Assembly (NCBI RefSeq): GCF_006345805.1
Contig: NC_043001.1
Coordinates: forward strand, 60,636,001-60,700,000
From: Octopus sinensis
Taxonomy: Eukaryota
Direction of reading: 5' to 3'
Length of the DNA stretch: 64,000 nucleotides
In this document: in pieces, positions 22,376-36,240 of the stretch
How the letters are laid out: every line of letters starts with the position of its first letter
How positions within the stretch are numbered: position 1 is the stretch's first letter
The notes under the pieces: model-generated
Databases searched by the model: none
Told to the model about the DNA's origin: nothing
Seen by the model: only the letters and a program-made list of their open reading frames with translations
Translations under genes and position numbers: made by a program

Positions 22376-23973
22376 AATATAAACGAGAAAAGAAGCAACA
22401 AGAATGGATTAGTTTTTAGTACAATTGTTTCATACAAAGACAGGCTTTATTAAAAGTTGCAAATATTGCAGCAGATAAAAGTGTCCCGTACTCATCAGCT
22501 AAAATACATATGAGTTCTCCAAACATCTTAGTGGGTGAGGCTACACTCATGAAGTATTGGAGATAATTTCATTAAAAGCAGATTCAGGTTGTAAACAGAC
22601 TTCCAAAGTTCTTTAATGATGATGCACAGTCTTATCACAGGTTTTAAAAAAGCTTACTAGCTTCACAGAGAAGTTTAATCCATCCATAGTGTAGGTGTAA
22701 ATTTCCAGAGATATGAGGAGGTATTTCATACTCACAGACGATGAATTTATCCATGGTTAATCCACAATGAGGTGGGTATAATTCATGCTATATTATAAGG
22801 TATTTGCCACATTACTGTTCTCTTCACAAAACTGCTATGTTATGACTTCTAAAGGCTGAAGGAATTTTGTGGAGCAAAGAAAAGAAAAGGAAAGAGAAGA
22901 GAAGAAAAAAAGAAAAGAAGAAAAAGAAAAAAAAGAAAAAGAAAAAAGAAAAAAGAAAAAGAGAAGAAGAAAAAAAGAAAAAAGAAAATAAGAAAAAAGA
23001 AGAAAGAAAAAGAAAAGAAAAAAGAAAAAAAACGCCCACATAGAGTATACTGTGACAATATATAAATTGTATACTGTACACTGTGACAATATATAAATAT
23101 TTATATATATATATATATATGTATGTATGTGTATGTATATATATGTATATATGTATGTGTATGTATATATATGTATATATGTATGCTTATATATACATTA
23201 TATATAATATATAATATATTGGAGTAAGATAACTAATTATGGGTAGATTATGGGGCTGGTAAAAGCTGGAATGTACAACATTCCTTGCTTTCGGAAATGA
23301 CATTTAGCCAGGCAAGCAATTGTTCTTCGTCAGCTTTTTGTAAAAGAGAATTTCACATCAGAATTAACCAGTTTTCGAAGATCATAATGTCGATGGCGTT
23401 GGTAATGACGGCTAAATATGCGACGGTGGTAAGATAGAAGAAAACTATAACGACGAGGATGATCTGGCATATGTGGGTATTTTGAGTGGTTATTTTATAT
23501 TGTAGCAATGGCAGCCATGATAGAATTTTACATTGTGACAGCAAAATGTGCCAAACCGAGCATGGGATTTGTAAAGAATAAACACATTCTTCAATGATTC
23601 TCTTAAATTGCGAAATAAAAATGACTTCATATCAGATAAAATAGCAAATCTTAATTTAAAGAGGGAAAACTGTTAGTAGGGAGTACAGATTATGCCAGAC
23701 AACACATAAGATCAAATTATTATATAATTTTTGCTGCAAAAATATGCGTTTTTGTACTGGAAATTCTAAATGAATTCAATAGATAATACGCCAGTCTAAT
23801 TCAAGAATTAAATATGGTAATACAACGTTTTAAGACAATATGAGAGTCATATAATGCAAACTTATATGCGAACGTATATATGTATGCGTATGTGCGTGTA
23901 TATATATATATACATATATATATATATTATATATATATATATATATATACATGTATATATATATGTGTGTGTG

Positions 23974-24045
<72 letters not shown>

Positions 24046-24999
24046 TAAACGAGAAAAGAAGCAACAAGAATGGATTAGTTTTTAGTACAATTGTTTCATA
24101 CAAAGACAGGCTTTATTAAAAGTTGCAAATATTGCAGCAGATAAAAGTGTCCCGTACTCATCAGCTAAAATACATATGAGTTCTCCAAACATCTTAGTGG
24201 GTGAGGCTACACTCATGAAGTATTGGAGATAATTTCATTAAAAGCAGATTCAGGTTGTAAACAGACTTCCAAAGTTCTTTAATGATGATGCACAGTCTTA
24301 TCACAGGTTTTAAAAAAGCTTACTAGCTTCACAGAGAAGTTTAATCCATCCATAGTGTAGGTGTAAATTTCCAGAGATATGAGGAGGTATTTCATACTCA
24401 CAGACGATGAATTTATCCATGGTTAATCCACAATGAGGTGGGTATAATTTCATGCTATATTATAAGGTATTTGCCACATTACTGTTCTCTTCACAAAACT
24501 GCTATGTTATGACTTCTAAAGGCTGAAGGAATTTTGTGGAGCAAAGAAAAGAAAAGGAAAGAGAAGAGAAGAAAAAAGAAAAGAAAGAAAAAGAAAAAAG
24601 AAAAAAGAAAAAAGAGAAGAAGAAAAAAAGAAAATAAGAAAAAAGAAGAAAGAAGAAAGAAAAAAGAAAAGAAAAAGAAAAAACGCCCACATAGAGTATA
24701 CTGTGACAATATATAAATTGTATACTGTACACTGTGACAATATATAAATATTTATATATATATATATATATGTATGTATGTGTATGTATATATATGTATA
24801 TATGTATGTGTATGTATATATATGTATATATGTATGCTTATATATACAATTATATATAAATATATAATATATTGGAGTAAGATAACTAATTATGGGTAGA
24901 TTATGGGGCTGGTAAAAGCTGGAATGTACAACATTCCTTGCTTTCGGAAATGACATTTAGCCAGGCAAGCAATTGTTCTTCGTCAGCTTTTTGTAAAAG
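21569..24999. repeat. Near-identical tandem duplication: two units of about 1654 bp plus a 123-bp third partial unit
   Basis: gtaagataactaattatggg starts at 21569, 23224 and 24877. Each full unit has (TA)n and a (GAAAA)n tract of about 170 bp. Confidence 0.95.
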
Positions 25000-25181
25000 T
25001 GGCTGTGTAAGTAGCTTACTTACCAACCACATAGTTCCGGGTTCAGTCCCACTGCGTGGCATCTTGGGCAAGTGTCTTCTGCTATAAACCCGGGCCGACC
25101 AATGCCTTGTGAGTGGATTTGGTAGACGGAAACTGAAAGAAGCCTGTCGTATATATTTATATATATAATATATATATATAC

Positions 25182-25238
<57 letters not shown>

Positions 25239-25460
25239 GTGTGTGTATATGTTTGTGTGTCTGTGTTTGTCCCCCTAGCATTGCTTGACAACCGATGCTG
25301 GTGTGTTTACGTCCCCGTCACTTATCGGTTCGGCGAAAGAGACCAATAGAATAAGTACTGGGCTTACAAAGTATAAGTCCCGGGGTCAATTTGCTCGACT
25401 AAAAAGGCGGTGCTCTAGCATGGCCGCAGTCATATGACTGAAACAAATAAAAGAGTAAAT
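25000..25460 (+). mobile_element. Near full-length tRNA-derived SINE with internal (TA)n/(TG)n
   Basis: tggctgtgtaagtagc..gggttcagtcccactgcgtggcatcttgggcaagtgtc..ggtagacggaaactgaaagaagcc..ggcggtgctctagcatggccgcagtcatatgactgaaaca. Confidence 0.88.
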
Positions 25461-26139
25461 AGTATATATGTGTGTGTGTTTGTATTCATGTGTACATATA
25501 TATGTGGTTGTATGCATGTATATACATATCTAGGTAAATATACATGTATCTATATATGTATACGTATACGGTAGACTTCACCAAAACTAACCATCACACC
25601 CGTAGATAAATATTCGATGAGCACGAGCACGCGTGTGTGCATACACACGCATACACATTCCAATATTTCAGCAGTGGTAGACAAAAATTAATTATCTGCA
25701 CAGAATTCTACGTCACCCTACTCAGATGTTTTGCGCACGTGCGAACCAACTCTCTCTAATATGAAATCTCTCCAAGACCACTTGTCGACGAGTAATGATA
25801 TATGATAATGTTATAAAGGAGTTTTGTTGTTTACATACACTTAATCGCTTAGACGTGTGTGTATGTGTGTGTGTGTGAGTGTGTGTGTGTTTGACTGTGC
25901 GTGTGCTTATGTGAGTCTGTGTACTGTGTGTATCTGTAGTGTGTGTAGTATGTGTGTAGTGTGTGTGTGTTCGTGATATGTGCGTGCAGCATGTGTGTAT
26001 TCATAAGATATTTAATCCATAATCCGTTACTATATTTTTATTACGGTGTTTACTCTCAGATTCTGAGTACTTTATTCTAAGTGGCCGAATATACCAGGTT
26101 GAGTCAAAATATCCGTATCCCAGACTTTGATAGTTCTAA

Positions 26140-26345
26140 CAAATTACATACGAAAACTTTTTATTCATCAAAATATGTCCCATCATATTCTATTATCTGT
26201 TGCCATCGTTGTGCTCGAAGCTCAATTTCACGCTTATGAATTTTGGCTGGTACAGAAGGAAAAACTCTGTGCAACCGTTTTGAACCTTTTCCATATTGTT
26301 CAACTTCTGTTTGCACAGGGTATGAGCCATGGCTCAGAAAAGTTA
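26140..26345 (-). pseudogene. Mariner transposase C-terminal remnant
   Basis: KREIELRAQRWQQIIEYDGTYFDE* resembles the mariner terminus GIxKLxERWQKVIExNGxYF. Confidence 0.65.
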
Positions 26346-26349
26346 TTAA

Positions 26350-27849
26350 TGTGCGATCATTTTCTTTACCTGATGGACATTTGCGGGTCTCCGTATGGCT
26401 CTGGTCTGTCCGCTCCATCTCTCTATGTGGGTCTTCCTAGCGATAGAAGTAATTGTGGGTGGTCTACCTCTTAAACGTCTATTGGGGTAGAAACTAAGAT
26501 TATGTTTATCTAGGTATTCATTGTCACATGTCAGTCAAAGTAGGAGGCCCAGTTCCTCTGTGTTGACATTGCGGAACTCCACCTTGATCATCTCCATGCA
26601 CTTCTCAACCGCAAAATCCACGTCGATCGATGGGTATAGGGATATCATATCCATGCTACCCACCATACATCCTGTCAGGTCGCAAGTGTTGTTACAATCA
26701 TTGATCCTGCTGAGGAGATCTTCCGTGCTGTCACAAACAGCATATGATCATTGAGAGGAAGTAGGAGATTCTGTATTTGCTAGTGATATTCGCTCTACAG
26801 ACTGGTCTTGTTGGTGGTCCTGCTATAGGGTCAGTGGTTACTTTATGGTCCTTGCGAAGTCCATACAGTGCCGGGATATCGTTGTTCCAGACTTGGAAAT
26901 TGTTAGCTGTGCGTTTCTGGGGATCCATAACAATTGTCCACATCATCATGTGGGCGTTGAGGACCTTTTCTCTCTCCACATGCGCCTGTAAAGTTGTTAC
27001 TTTCGTATTGGCGATATGAGGCTGCATTGCCTGGATGTAGTTCGGTAAGCTGTCTATTGACAACCTGCCGGACTTATCTGTGGGAAGGCATACCACCTCT
27101 CTGTTCCTCGTGCGCTGAATGAGCTTATGTAGGCCACATGCAGGTTTAATCCCGAGTTGTTGGGCCTCTGTCTTATTCTGTCTCTGTCTCTTAGTGTATA
27201 GTTCTAAAATCTTTCTAAGTCTGGTCCTAGCTATAGTGAACTGTGCTTCCATATCGCCATTAGTATGTCTTGGGATGTAGACCCTTTTGTTGAAGGGTAA
27301 TGTTGTTGGATAAATCCGGCTCATGTTATAAGATTTGTCACATATGTTGGAGAATTGAGTGTCAAAGGGGTGGGTATACATGTTAATGGACCTTCTAAGG
27401 TTATATTCTTCATTATCGTTATTACTATTTCTGTCGTTACTGTTCCCATCATCAACCCCACTATTATTATCACCACTATTGCCACCATTACCACTATCAT
27501 TACCACCACTGCTACTATAATTACTATTACCACCATAACTATCACTACTACTATCATTACTACTTTTACTGTTACCACCACCACCACCACTACTACTACC
27601 ACTATTATTGCTATTACTGTTATTCCTACCATTGCCATTATTGCTATCATTCTGATTATCGCTAGTGATATTCTCATTGTTCCTGTTTCTGGTGTATGTG
27701 TTGTTCGTATTAGTGTTGGTCCCTGTCATTCCCTCTGTTGTGGTTGTTATTGTTGCTCCTACAAGTGTTTTCTGTTTCAAGTCTACTGACTCCCTGTCCA
27801 AGAATTCTGTTGCATTCAACTTTATTCTCCATCGTGACTCCCATGACAC
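26350..27849 (-). pseudogene. Divergent PLE reverse transcriptase, N-terminal half with a low-complexity N-terminus, 3'-truncated
   Basis: PTDKSG, PALYGLRKDHK, PTRPVC, ISYFLSMII. After a frameshift: VCDSTEDLL, GSMDMISLYPSID (motif A) and RGRPPTIT. Confidence 0.8.
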
Positions 27850-28122
27850 AATTTATTTCGTGTCCTTGTGACTATGATTATCTGTGTGTGTGTTTGTGTG
27901 TCCATTTCCCCTATAATTGTTGTTGTTGCTGTTGTATACGATTTTTTCTCTGTTTATGTTTTTGTGTTTGTATCTATTGCTTGTGTTCGTGCATTCATTT
28001 TTGTTGTTGTTGTTGTTGTTGCTGCTGTTAGAGTTGTTCGCGTTGTTGTTGTCGTCTGTGTTGTTATTGTTGTTGTTGTCACACATGTTGTTGTCGTTGT
28101 ACCTCCCTCTCTCTCTCTCTCT

Positions 28123-28165
<43 letters not shown>

Positions 28166-28264
28166 TGTACATGTATGTGTGTGTGTATAATATATATGTA
28201 TATACATGTGTGTATGCCTTTGTGTGTGTGCATGTGTGTCTGTGAATATATATCTGTGTGTGTT

Positions 28265-28420
28265 TGTGTGTGGTGGGTGTATAGTTCAAATTTACAGAAA
28301 ACAAAAGACGAAGACAAGTGAGGGAATAACAGGTAGGTTTATTGGTGTGATGCACAGCAAAAATGCAAAAGTCTTTGTCGGCTTGAGCCTACGCTCATCG
28401 ACAGAAAACCCAATATCCTT
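28265..28420 (-). mobile_element. PLE pLTR/3'-end remnant (same family as 45500-45595)
   Basis: Minus strand ttctgtcgatgagcgtaggctcaagccgacaaagactttt aligns with ttctgtagacgagcgtaggctcgaagcgtaaaagactttt. Confidence 0.6.
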
Positions 28421-31400
28421 AATCAGAAATTCTTTGAAATATTTCAATGTGATGTGCGATAAAAGTTGTCGATCAGAATATTTTTCTTTCGATGATTAAA
28501 AATCATATTCACTATTAATCAATGCTAATAGCAGTCACATGTTTCTGAAGGATATTATATTGTCTTTTGACTCGTTCCATCAGTACTGTTGTTTATTTTT
28601 AGAATGTTACCAGGTTAATATGAGCGTAATGTCAGAAAGTGGTCAGCAACATGTCTCGCTGAAACCACTTGGGAGATTTTGATATGATAGTTTATTGTTT
28701 ACTAGGGACGATTTTATAAGGACAATAGGGAAAGCTTTGATGAAACACACAAATAGCTTACAATAGTAATTATTAACAATAACTTTCCACGTTTCTACTA
28801 TATATACTTTGTATTCCCGTCCAACCATATTTAATAATGGTATATGTAACGGATCTAAATATGACATTCGTAGCCGATGATTTGTTCAACTGACTATACA
28901 GAGATATTTTCTGCATATTCTCTCTTTCTCACCCTCTCTTTGTCCTATGTTATACCCAAGTCCACACACGCGTGTGTGTGTTCGTATGTAGGATGTGTGC
29001 ATGCAAGTATGTGCGTGTGTGTGTCTATAGGTGTGTGTGTGTTTCTGTGTGCGTTTTTTGTGTATGTGTGTGCGTGTGCGCACGCGTGTGGGAATAGGAT
29101 CGTGGATTTTTTGTTGGAAAGAAATAAAAAAGTACGCACAGAACGCAGACTACAAAACATAAAACATTACTCTAAGATTAAATATTGATTACTCAGCAAT
29201 TATTTATACTAACCAGTCACGAAATAAATGGATCAAATAACTAGACATATATTATTCCATATCTTCTTTAGAAATGGAAAAACAAGGGGGAACATAAGTT
29301 TGCTAAAGTAGTAGAAAATAAAGATATCACCGTTCTTTGATGCTTAAATATTGAAACTGATCGTGCTTTTCAAGTCAATAGAAAAATATTTTGGTGAAAA
29401 AAATTACGTTAACAAAATATGTCTGCCCATACGTATGATAATCCGAGCAGACTGCAACGCTTCTCTTAAAGCATTCGAAAATTTAACTAAATGCAAAGAC
29501 CTCAATTTCTACACAGGCCTCAAAATTATAGCATCTAAAAACAACAACTGTATCGGAGCTTTGGGGGCAATGCTAAATGACGCTCTTAAATACATGACTC
29601 TCTTTCAAAACTGAAATGTTATAAATTTTTCTCAGATTCTGTTTTGTTTCCTTTACAATCTATCATTGCTGATCTTAACTCCCATAAAATTATATCCAAT
29701 ACGCTATTAGTTGAGATCTCTGGGTGACGTATGACACAACGATGTAAACAAAGCAACACGTTCAACAGAAACGACAGTAATAGAATTTGTAGTAATAAAA
29801 AGAACAACAACCGCAGCAGCAACTGCAATAACAAGAACACCAATAACAACAACAAAAACAAGATCTTTATTATGGCGGAAAGGAATTTCAGAATCCTTAG
29901 AGTGTTGATCAAAATGTCTTATATTAATTATTGCTCTTCATATTTCGAATTGAAATTATCTGTGGCTTCTAACTCTTCAATGTCTCAAAATTGCTGGCCG
30001 TTAAATAAAATTAGTAGGACATTGGGTCAAATTAACAGTATTCAACAGATCTAGATGTCCTAATGCTGCTGAAAGGCTCCTCCGAACGCTTTTCTCCGAT
30101 TTAAAGGCACAGGTTGACAATCCATTCGCCGTATCTTCGGTTCCGTCCTATAATAAACGAGTGTACATTTTTATTCGTATTTCCTCTATGTCCTAATGTG
30201 TCTATTCGTATTTATGCATCCGCATTTCACACACCACCAATGTTCGAACATATCACGAAGAATTTTTCTGCATTATAATCAACCCGGTATCTGTCGGCGG
30301 AAAGTCCCGAACTCCTACCGTTTCCAAAGCTTAATATATCATGATGTTGTCCACAGTCCCATGGCAGAATGTCCTTCTGAATGATTAGACCAAATATATT
30401 TTATAGAAGACCAGGATGTCCGAGTGTACTTTGTTGAGTAAGTCAATTCAACTCTTCTATATAAAGAAAGGTATGACGTACCACCCAGCACATCTCCTGC
30501 ATGATAAAATACTATGAGGCTTGGCAACATAACAGATGATAACAACCGTCAGATCCACAAGCTCCGCATTCTCTTCATTCAAAGCTGTAATTGCAAAGAG
30601 ATTAATTGTAATTCGAACATACCTGATAAAGGTTATTTTAGACAGGCACACTTTCCAGGTAACTCTGTAGAAGCCATCATTTTAGCCTATGCTCGTTATC
30701 ATAAACGATCTAAACACGGCTGTCGCTTCACCGATAAACAAGACTGTTTTATAACCTAATCGGACGCCAAACCGCAACCCTGCCACCTGGTACTTAAATG
30801 TGGTCCATATAGATTTTAGCCAGTATTAGCTCGACACTGAATTATTGAAAGTACAAAATAAGCTTCAGAAATTTTCTTCGACGTTCAAGTTTAATTAATT
30901 GTCTGCAGCTATTTCATTGAAACTTAACTGGAATCGAATGCTAGAACCTTCACCAAAACTTACATAAGAAAATATGATAGTAAATGATCCTACTGACAAA
31001 CATTACTAACAGCAGGTTTGTTGTTATGGTAGAAAACAACAGAAAGCCGGGTAGATATTTTAGGAATCAATAGAACTAGTTTTCGCAGGACCAAGTTACA
31101 AATTATCGAACTGAATTTCAGGACAATCTCTTATCAGTCTGCACTTTCTGATGGCAAATCATGTAACATCAAGTATGCTAATTTGCAGCATAATTCGTAC
31201 AAGACATTGCAAAGACACATGACATGGCATGTAATCGCAAATTTTCTGTTTATATCCTGGATTAAGAATCCTCTCATGAAATACTTTGATGCCACTTATT
31301 TCAGGTTGAGAATATCACTGAAACCAGCAGGGTTGGAATATCATTTCCAAACATTTTTTTTCTTTGCTGTCACATTCAATTTCACAATCACTAACAATAA

Positions 31401-32054
31401 AACTCAAAGGCAATCATTGAATATTTGTTCATCTGACCAGGCTGCTTTACGTTGGTATTGCAAGATTTGAGCCCCTACCAGCCTTTTATGTATAGTGAGC
31501 CATATTTACGAATTCTATTCAAATATATTTTTACCTATATTTATAGATGTGATAATATTGGTGCCTATATTTCCATACTGTTTTTTTTTTCAGTACTGGT
31601 GAGCCGGTTGCCATTACCTTATTTCAAACAGACGAGAATTATTTTCCAGTGAAAAATTCGAATCTATAGTGGAGATTATTAGTAGCATTAAAATAAAAGT
31701 GCTAAAGAAATATAAAGTACTTTCAACTGATGTATACATATCTGTAGTTATATGGGTTAGCTATTGTTCTTCTAAATTATAAATATAAATTTCATTTTCA
31801 CGTAAAATCTTCCGCTCATCTGTTTTATATACTATTTTCACACTCCCAGACACTTCTTTCTAAAACATGGTAATACACTTTAAAAATGTTTCAGCAGGAA
31901 TCCTTTCTATAAAGTTAGCATTTAATGAAAATATATTGCAATGCAAAGAAACTTCCATACGATCAATATTCGAAATGATTTTAGTGTACTAACAAAAATG
32001 TGTAAACAGGTGTATAATTTGCTTGTCAATACTCAATACGCGACTACGTTCGGA

Positions 32055-32470
32055 AGGACACGTTGATAGGATGAATAATCACCACTCACCAGGTACAGTG
32101 AGCTCACGACCGGCCACCGCAACAGGAGGGGGGGTCACCAAAGAAGTGTTACAAGGACTACCTGAAGCAGTCCTTTAGCGTTTGTGACATTGATTATGAG
32201 AGTGATCCACTCTAGCAGCTGACCGTGCTGTTTGGCGCCATACCAACACCGATGCCGTTTCCTCCTTTCAGATCTTTCATAGTAGCTTTCTTGAAAACAA
32301 ACGTCAGAGGCGAAAAAATAATGTTGCTGCATCATCAGACCCTGGACCATCATACCTCTGTCCTCATTGCAATCAGGTATGTCAATCCCACCTCGGCCTT
32401 ACCAGCCACGAACGAGCGGACAGACGACGTGGCAACAGCCTTTCAAATCTTCGTCAGTGAAGCCAAGCAA
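32055..32470 (+). mobile_element. RTE-clade LINE 3' end (decayed)
   Basis: GHVDRM..SELTTGHRNRRGGSPKKCYKDYLKQS..CNQVCQSHLGLTSHERA, ending aatcttcgtcagtgaagccaagc. Confidence 0.8.
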
Positions 32471-33284
32471 AAAATAAAATGATAGTTATTACAAATAACT
32501 AGAGTTACTCCTAATTCGAGCAACAACAACAACCAGAGACACCAATACTCAATTTATTCATTAAAATGAAATTAATTTAAATAACCTGTAAGAAAAACCG
32601 TGTAAGTTGTAAAATAATATTTTTGAAGATATCTTCAAAACACGCATGTATGAAAAGTTAAATTTACAATAGATACAGTACTTTCTTTTTTATTTGAATT
32701 CAGCTGTGAAATGATTAGAGTGATTTGTTTTTGTTTTTGTTTTTGTTTTTCATTTCCAGTTTCAATGTAATGGCACAAAAGGGTTTGTTTTAAAACTATC
32801 AGTAATTAACTTACTCTCCACTGAGAATTTAGATAACCATTCCCGTTACATGATTGGAATTCTAAACATTATCACACAGCTATTACACTTATTTAAGATG
32901 AAGCCCCTTATATGGCGAGAAAACACGTTGTGGCTCACGGGTAAAAAAGCGAGAGAAATATAAAATATTGAGTTAATTACTGAATGTTACTTTTCATAAA
33001 CTTAAGTTCATTGTTCTCTTTATATGCGCGCAGCTACTGATGTCTAATCGCAACTTCACAGTCACTTCAAACATTATATATCGAAATAAAAGTTTCTGGA
33101 AAGAACATGTATATTTGATTTAAAGTTCCTTTTCACTGGTCTACATAGTTAATTAAAAAGAAAAAGATCTAGAAAGACAAAACAGAAGAGTTGATTCATA
33201 AATAATTTAATCGCAAATAATTTCATTCTTACAAGTCTTTCAGTAACGATAATGGCTTAATTGCGCATTCTAGTTTTATAGAGT

Positions 33285-33495
33285 GAAGGCATGTGTCATA
33301 GTGGTTGGGGTAATCAGCTCACGAACAAAATGTCATATGTTCGACTAATTTAAAGGGGCAGCCCTGTCATATTGTACGTAAACATAAATCTTCCTGAGAA
33401 CTACTTTAAAGATACGCGTATTTGTTTAGCCACTTTAATTTCACCAGCAAGCTATTCGGTTGTTCGGATCAACTGGAACACTTGTCATTGCAACC
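33285..33495 (+). mobile_element. Old, internally deleted SINE of the 9263/43988 type
   Basis: catagtggttgggg..tcagctcacga..aaaggggcagccctgtca..cctgagaactac..ggatcaactggaacacttgtc. Confidence 0.55.
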
Positions 33496-34859
33496 CAGCT
33501 ATTGTTGGCTGTTGTTTTCTAGATTTTTATGAATTGATTATTCACAGATTACTATAGTGCGTCGTTTTACATGTGTTTCTAGGAAGTATGTTCTCGGCCA
33601 GCTGAGTTTCCTAGATCTTCATTTCTTCAGAAATTTTTACTGGCATAATAATTCAGACAAAGTAAGGACCGATCTAGGATTCACAATGAAATATTATTTT
33701 CAATGAAACACATGTATTATAGTAATTTGTTAGTTGACAGTCCAGTTTACTATATTTCTCTCACAATCTTTCTCTTTCCAGATATAAATATGTGTGTTTG
33801 TGCTCATGTGTGTATGTCGAAAGTTAGGCAGCGGACGTTTAGGATTTATATAAAATGATATTTCCACATGAAGCCCGGTATACACGAACAAATGAATAAA
33901 TGAATACGTGACACTCAATTGGAATAACACCAGAGAATAGTACATTTCCTTGTAGTGTTTCATGCCGCTGTGTGGTATCTGTCATATAGTTCCTATATTC
34001 AGCTGATTGATACTATTTTCGTTTTGAATCTAGAATTCATTATAATTTGTCTTTTTATCCGGATACCTACATGCGATGTAGAATATCCCGGATCTTGTTG
34101 GATATATTTATTAGCACTTAGCATGACGCTATTCCATACCCGCCGGAAATATGCATTCCACTTAAAACTTCAGTTATCGTTGTATTGATTGATGGCTTGC
34201 TGTTTGGAACAACACGGCAAATGCATTCACTGTTATAAATGCAACGCATAACCAGCAATTGGATACAATATGAAACATTATTGACGAAAACAGAACAACT
34301 GCATTTCAGAATTTGGTGCAAATAGCAAAATCAATATGTAACTGCCAGGATATATATCTAGCTAATTTTCTTTCTACACATTATTTTCTTTTTATCTGCC
34401 GTGCAATCTAACCAAAATCCTGTAGTATGAATGAGAATCCGATCAGAATTTATTTTGTAAGTTTGGGGATATTTGTTTGCAGAGAAAAATTCATTACATA
34501 TATCCTTATGCATAAATATTTTACACCATAGTTACGTACGGTTTAGTTATATGTATATAAAGATGATTGCATGTATACCTAAATATTATATACTATATTT
34601 CAACGTACACTTGAAAGTAAAATATCAGGTTCATAGAAACTAACTCGCGTATATATTTATGTATACATGTTTTCAGTTAAGAATCTAAATAAACAGGCAT
34701 TATTCACATACATACACACATCTACGTCGGTGCCAGTGTCTGTGCGTTATCTGCGTGTATTGATATATAAGTATGTATGCATATATGTATTTGTATGTGT
34801 ATGTATGTATTTGTGTATATATATATATATATATATTTATATATCACAAAACCTCGCAA

Positions 34860-36240
34860 AGCTAAGTATATATTTATATTTAAGATTTTAAAATTTTAAA
34901 ATTTAAATATTTTAATAAGACTTATTGTATAATGTTGTATTTTATATAAATACTGATTGTTATGTAATGATTTAGTTATCGTAGTTTTTTCTATATAATT
35001 ATTAGATTTTATCTCCACGTTTATTCGTAAGACTTTACTTAGCCAAAGAGATATTTAGATCGTTAACAGTTATACGAGTTTTTTTTAAAGTTAGGTTTCA
35101 TGTATATACATGTATTGATAGCATAAATTTTAGTCTTAAATAACTATATTTGTTGATAGTTATTTTAAATATATTATAATTGTTATTATATATTGCTTTT
35201 TTCAATTGATAATTGGTAGTAGTATTTTTTCCATTGATAAATATATTCGTAGTATTTATTGGATACTATATAACTACGGATTGATTATTTCATTAAGTAT
35301 TTTATTATTTCATTTTAGTTCTTAACTATACGGTTTTTGTAAGTTGTTAATTAGCCAACGAGATATATGGATCCTTAATTAGTTATAACGTTCTTTTAAG
35401 ATTGTTTGTTTGTTTACAGTTAGCTTTTTCATCTTTATTATTTTAATATATTTGTAAGTAATAATGAATAATTAGTTTATTAGGTCTTTATTATACGTGC
35501 ATATATATTTATTGATAGAGATAATTTTAGATCTTAATTCTTATATCTATATACATTTATATATATTCATTGATAATTTAGTTATTATTCAAATATTATA
35601 TAATTATTTGACTTGAAATTAAATTTAATAATATGAATAGTGATTTTTTTTGTTAAATATTTAGGTAATTAGATATTGACTATAACTGGGATTAGATTAT
35701 TTGTGGGTTTCTTACAGTACAAATTAATACTTAAAAATTAATATTTAACATTATAATCGATTGTATGACATAATCATAATCGTTAAAGTTTCTAGTTTGA
35801 TGATGGAGTTTTTTTATAAGAAAAATTATTATTTTATTTATTTCTTAAAAAATATTGTGTAAATATATTTGATTATTTATTTAAATATTATCATTAACCT
35901 GAAGATTGAGTATAATCATAATTCGAATTATTAATTGAATTTAAATTAATTATTGTTATTCGAATTAGGTTATGGGCACGAAACGATCGTAGTGGTTTTA
36001 CATTTTATCTTATATTAAACTTTTGAATACTTCTTGATAGTTTATATCTAAAAAAAATTTAAATAATAATAAAAATAAAAATAATAAATAAATATATATA
36101 TATATATATAACTTTATAAGTATAAATTAATAAATTAAATTTTTTAAAAATTTTAACTTTAAATTTAAATAATTTAAATTTTGAATTTTATATTTTATAT
36201 CTTTTATATATTATATTAATTAATTTTATTTCTATGTTTT
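34860..36240. other. Extremely AT-rich block with diverged internal repeats and an HHR-like motif
   Basis: agccaa(a/c)gagatat..gatc.ttaa..agttata recurs at about 35041 and 35352, with a weaker copy at about 35515. CTGAAGA is at 35899 and GAAACGATCGTA at 35980-35991. Confidence 0.5.

Noticed and set aside
29860-30800. Possible L1/Tx1-like remnant on the minus strand
   Set aside because: The resemblance is vague and there are many stops, so it cannot be supported without an HMM search.
35685-35697. ACTGGGATTAGAT match to a conserved mitochondrial 12S motif, suggesting a NUMT
   Set aside because: Only 13 nt match, the following bases diverge, and no other rRNA/tRNA/mitochondrial gene motifs were seen.
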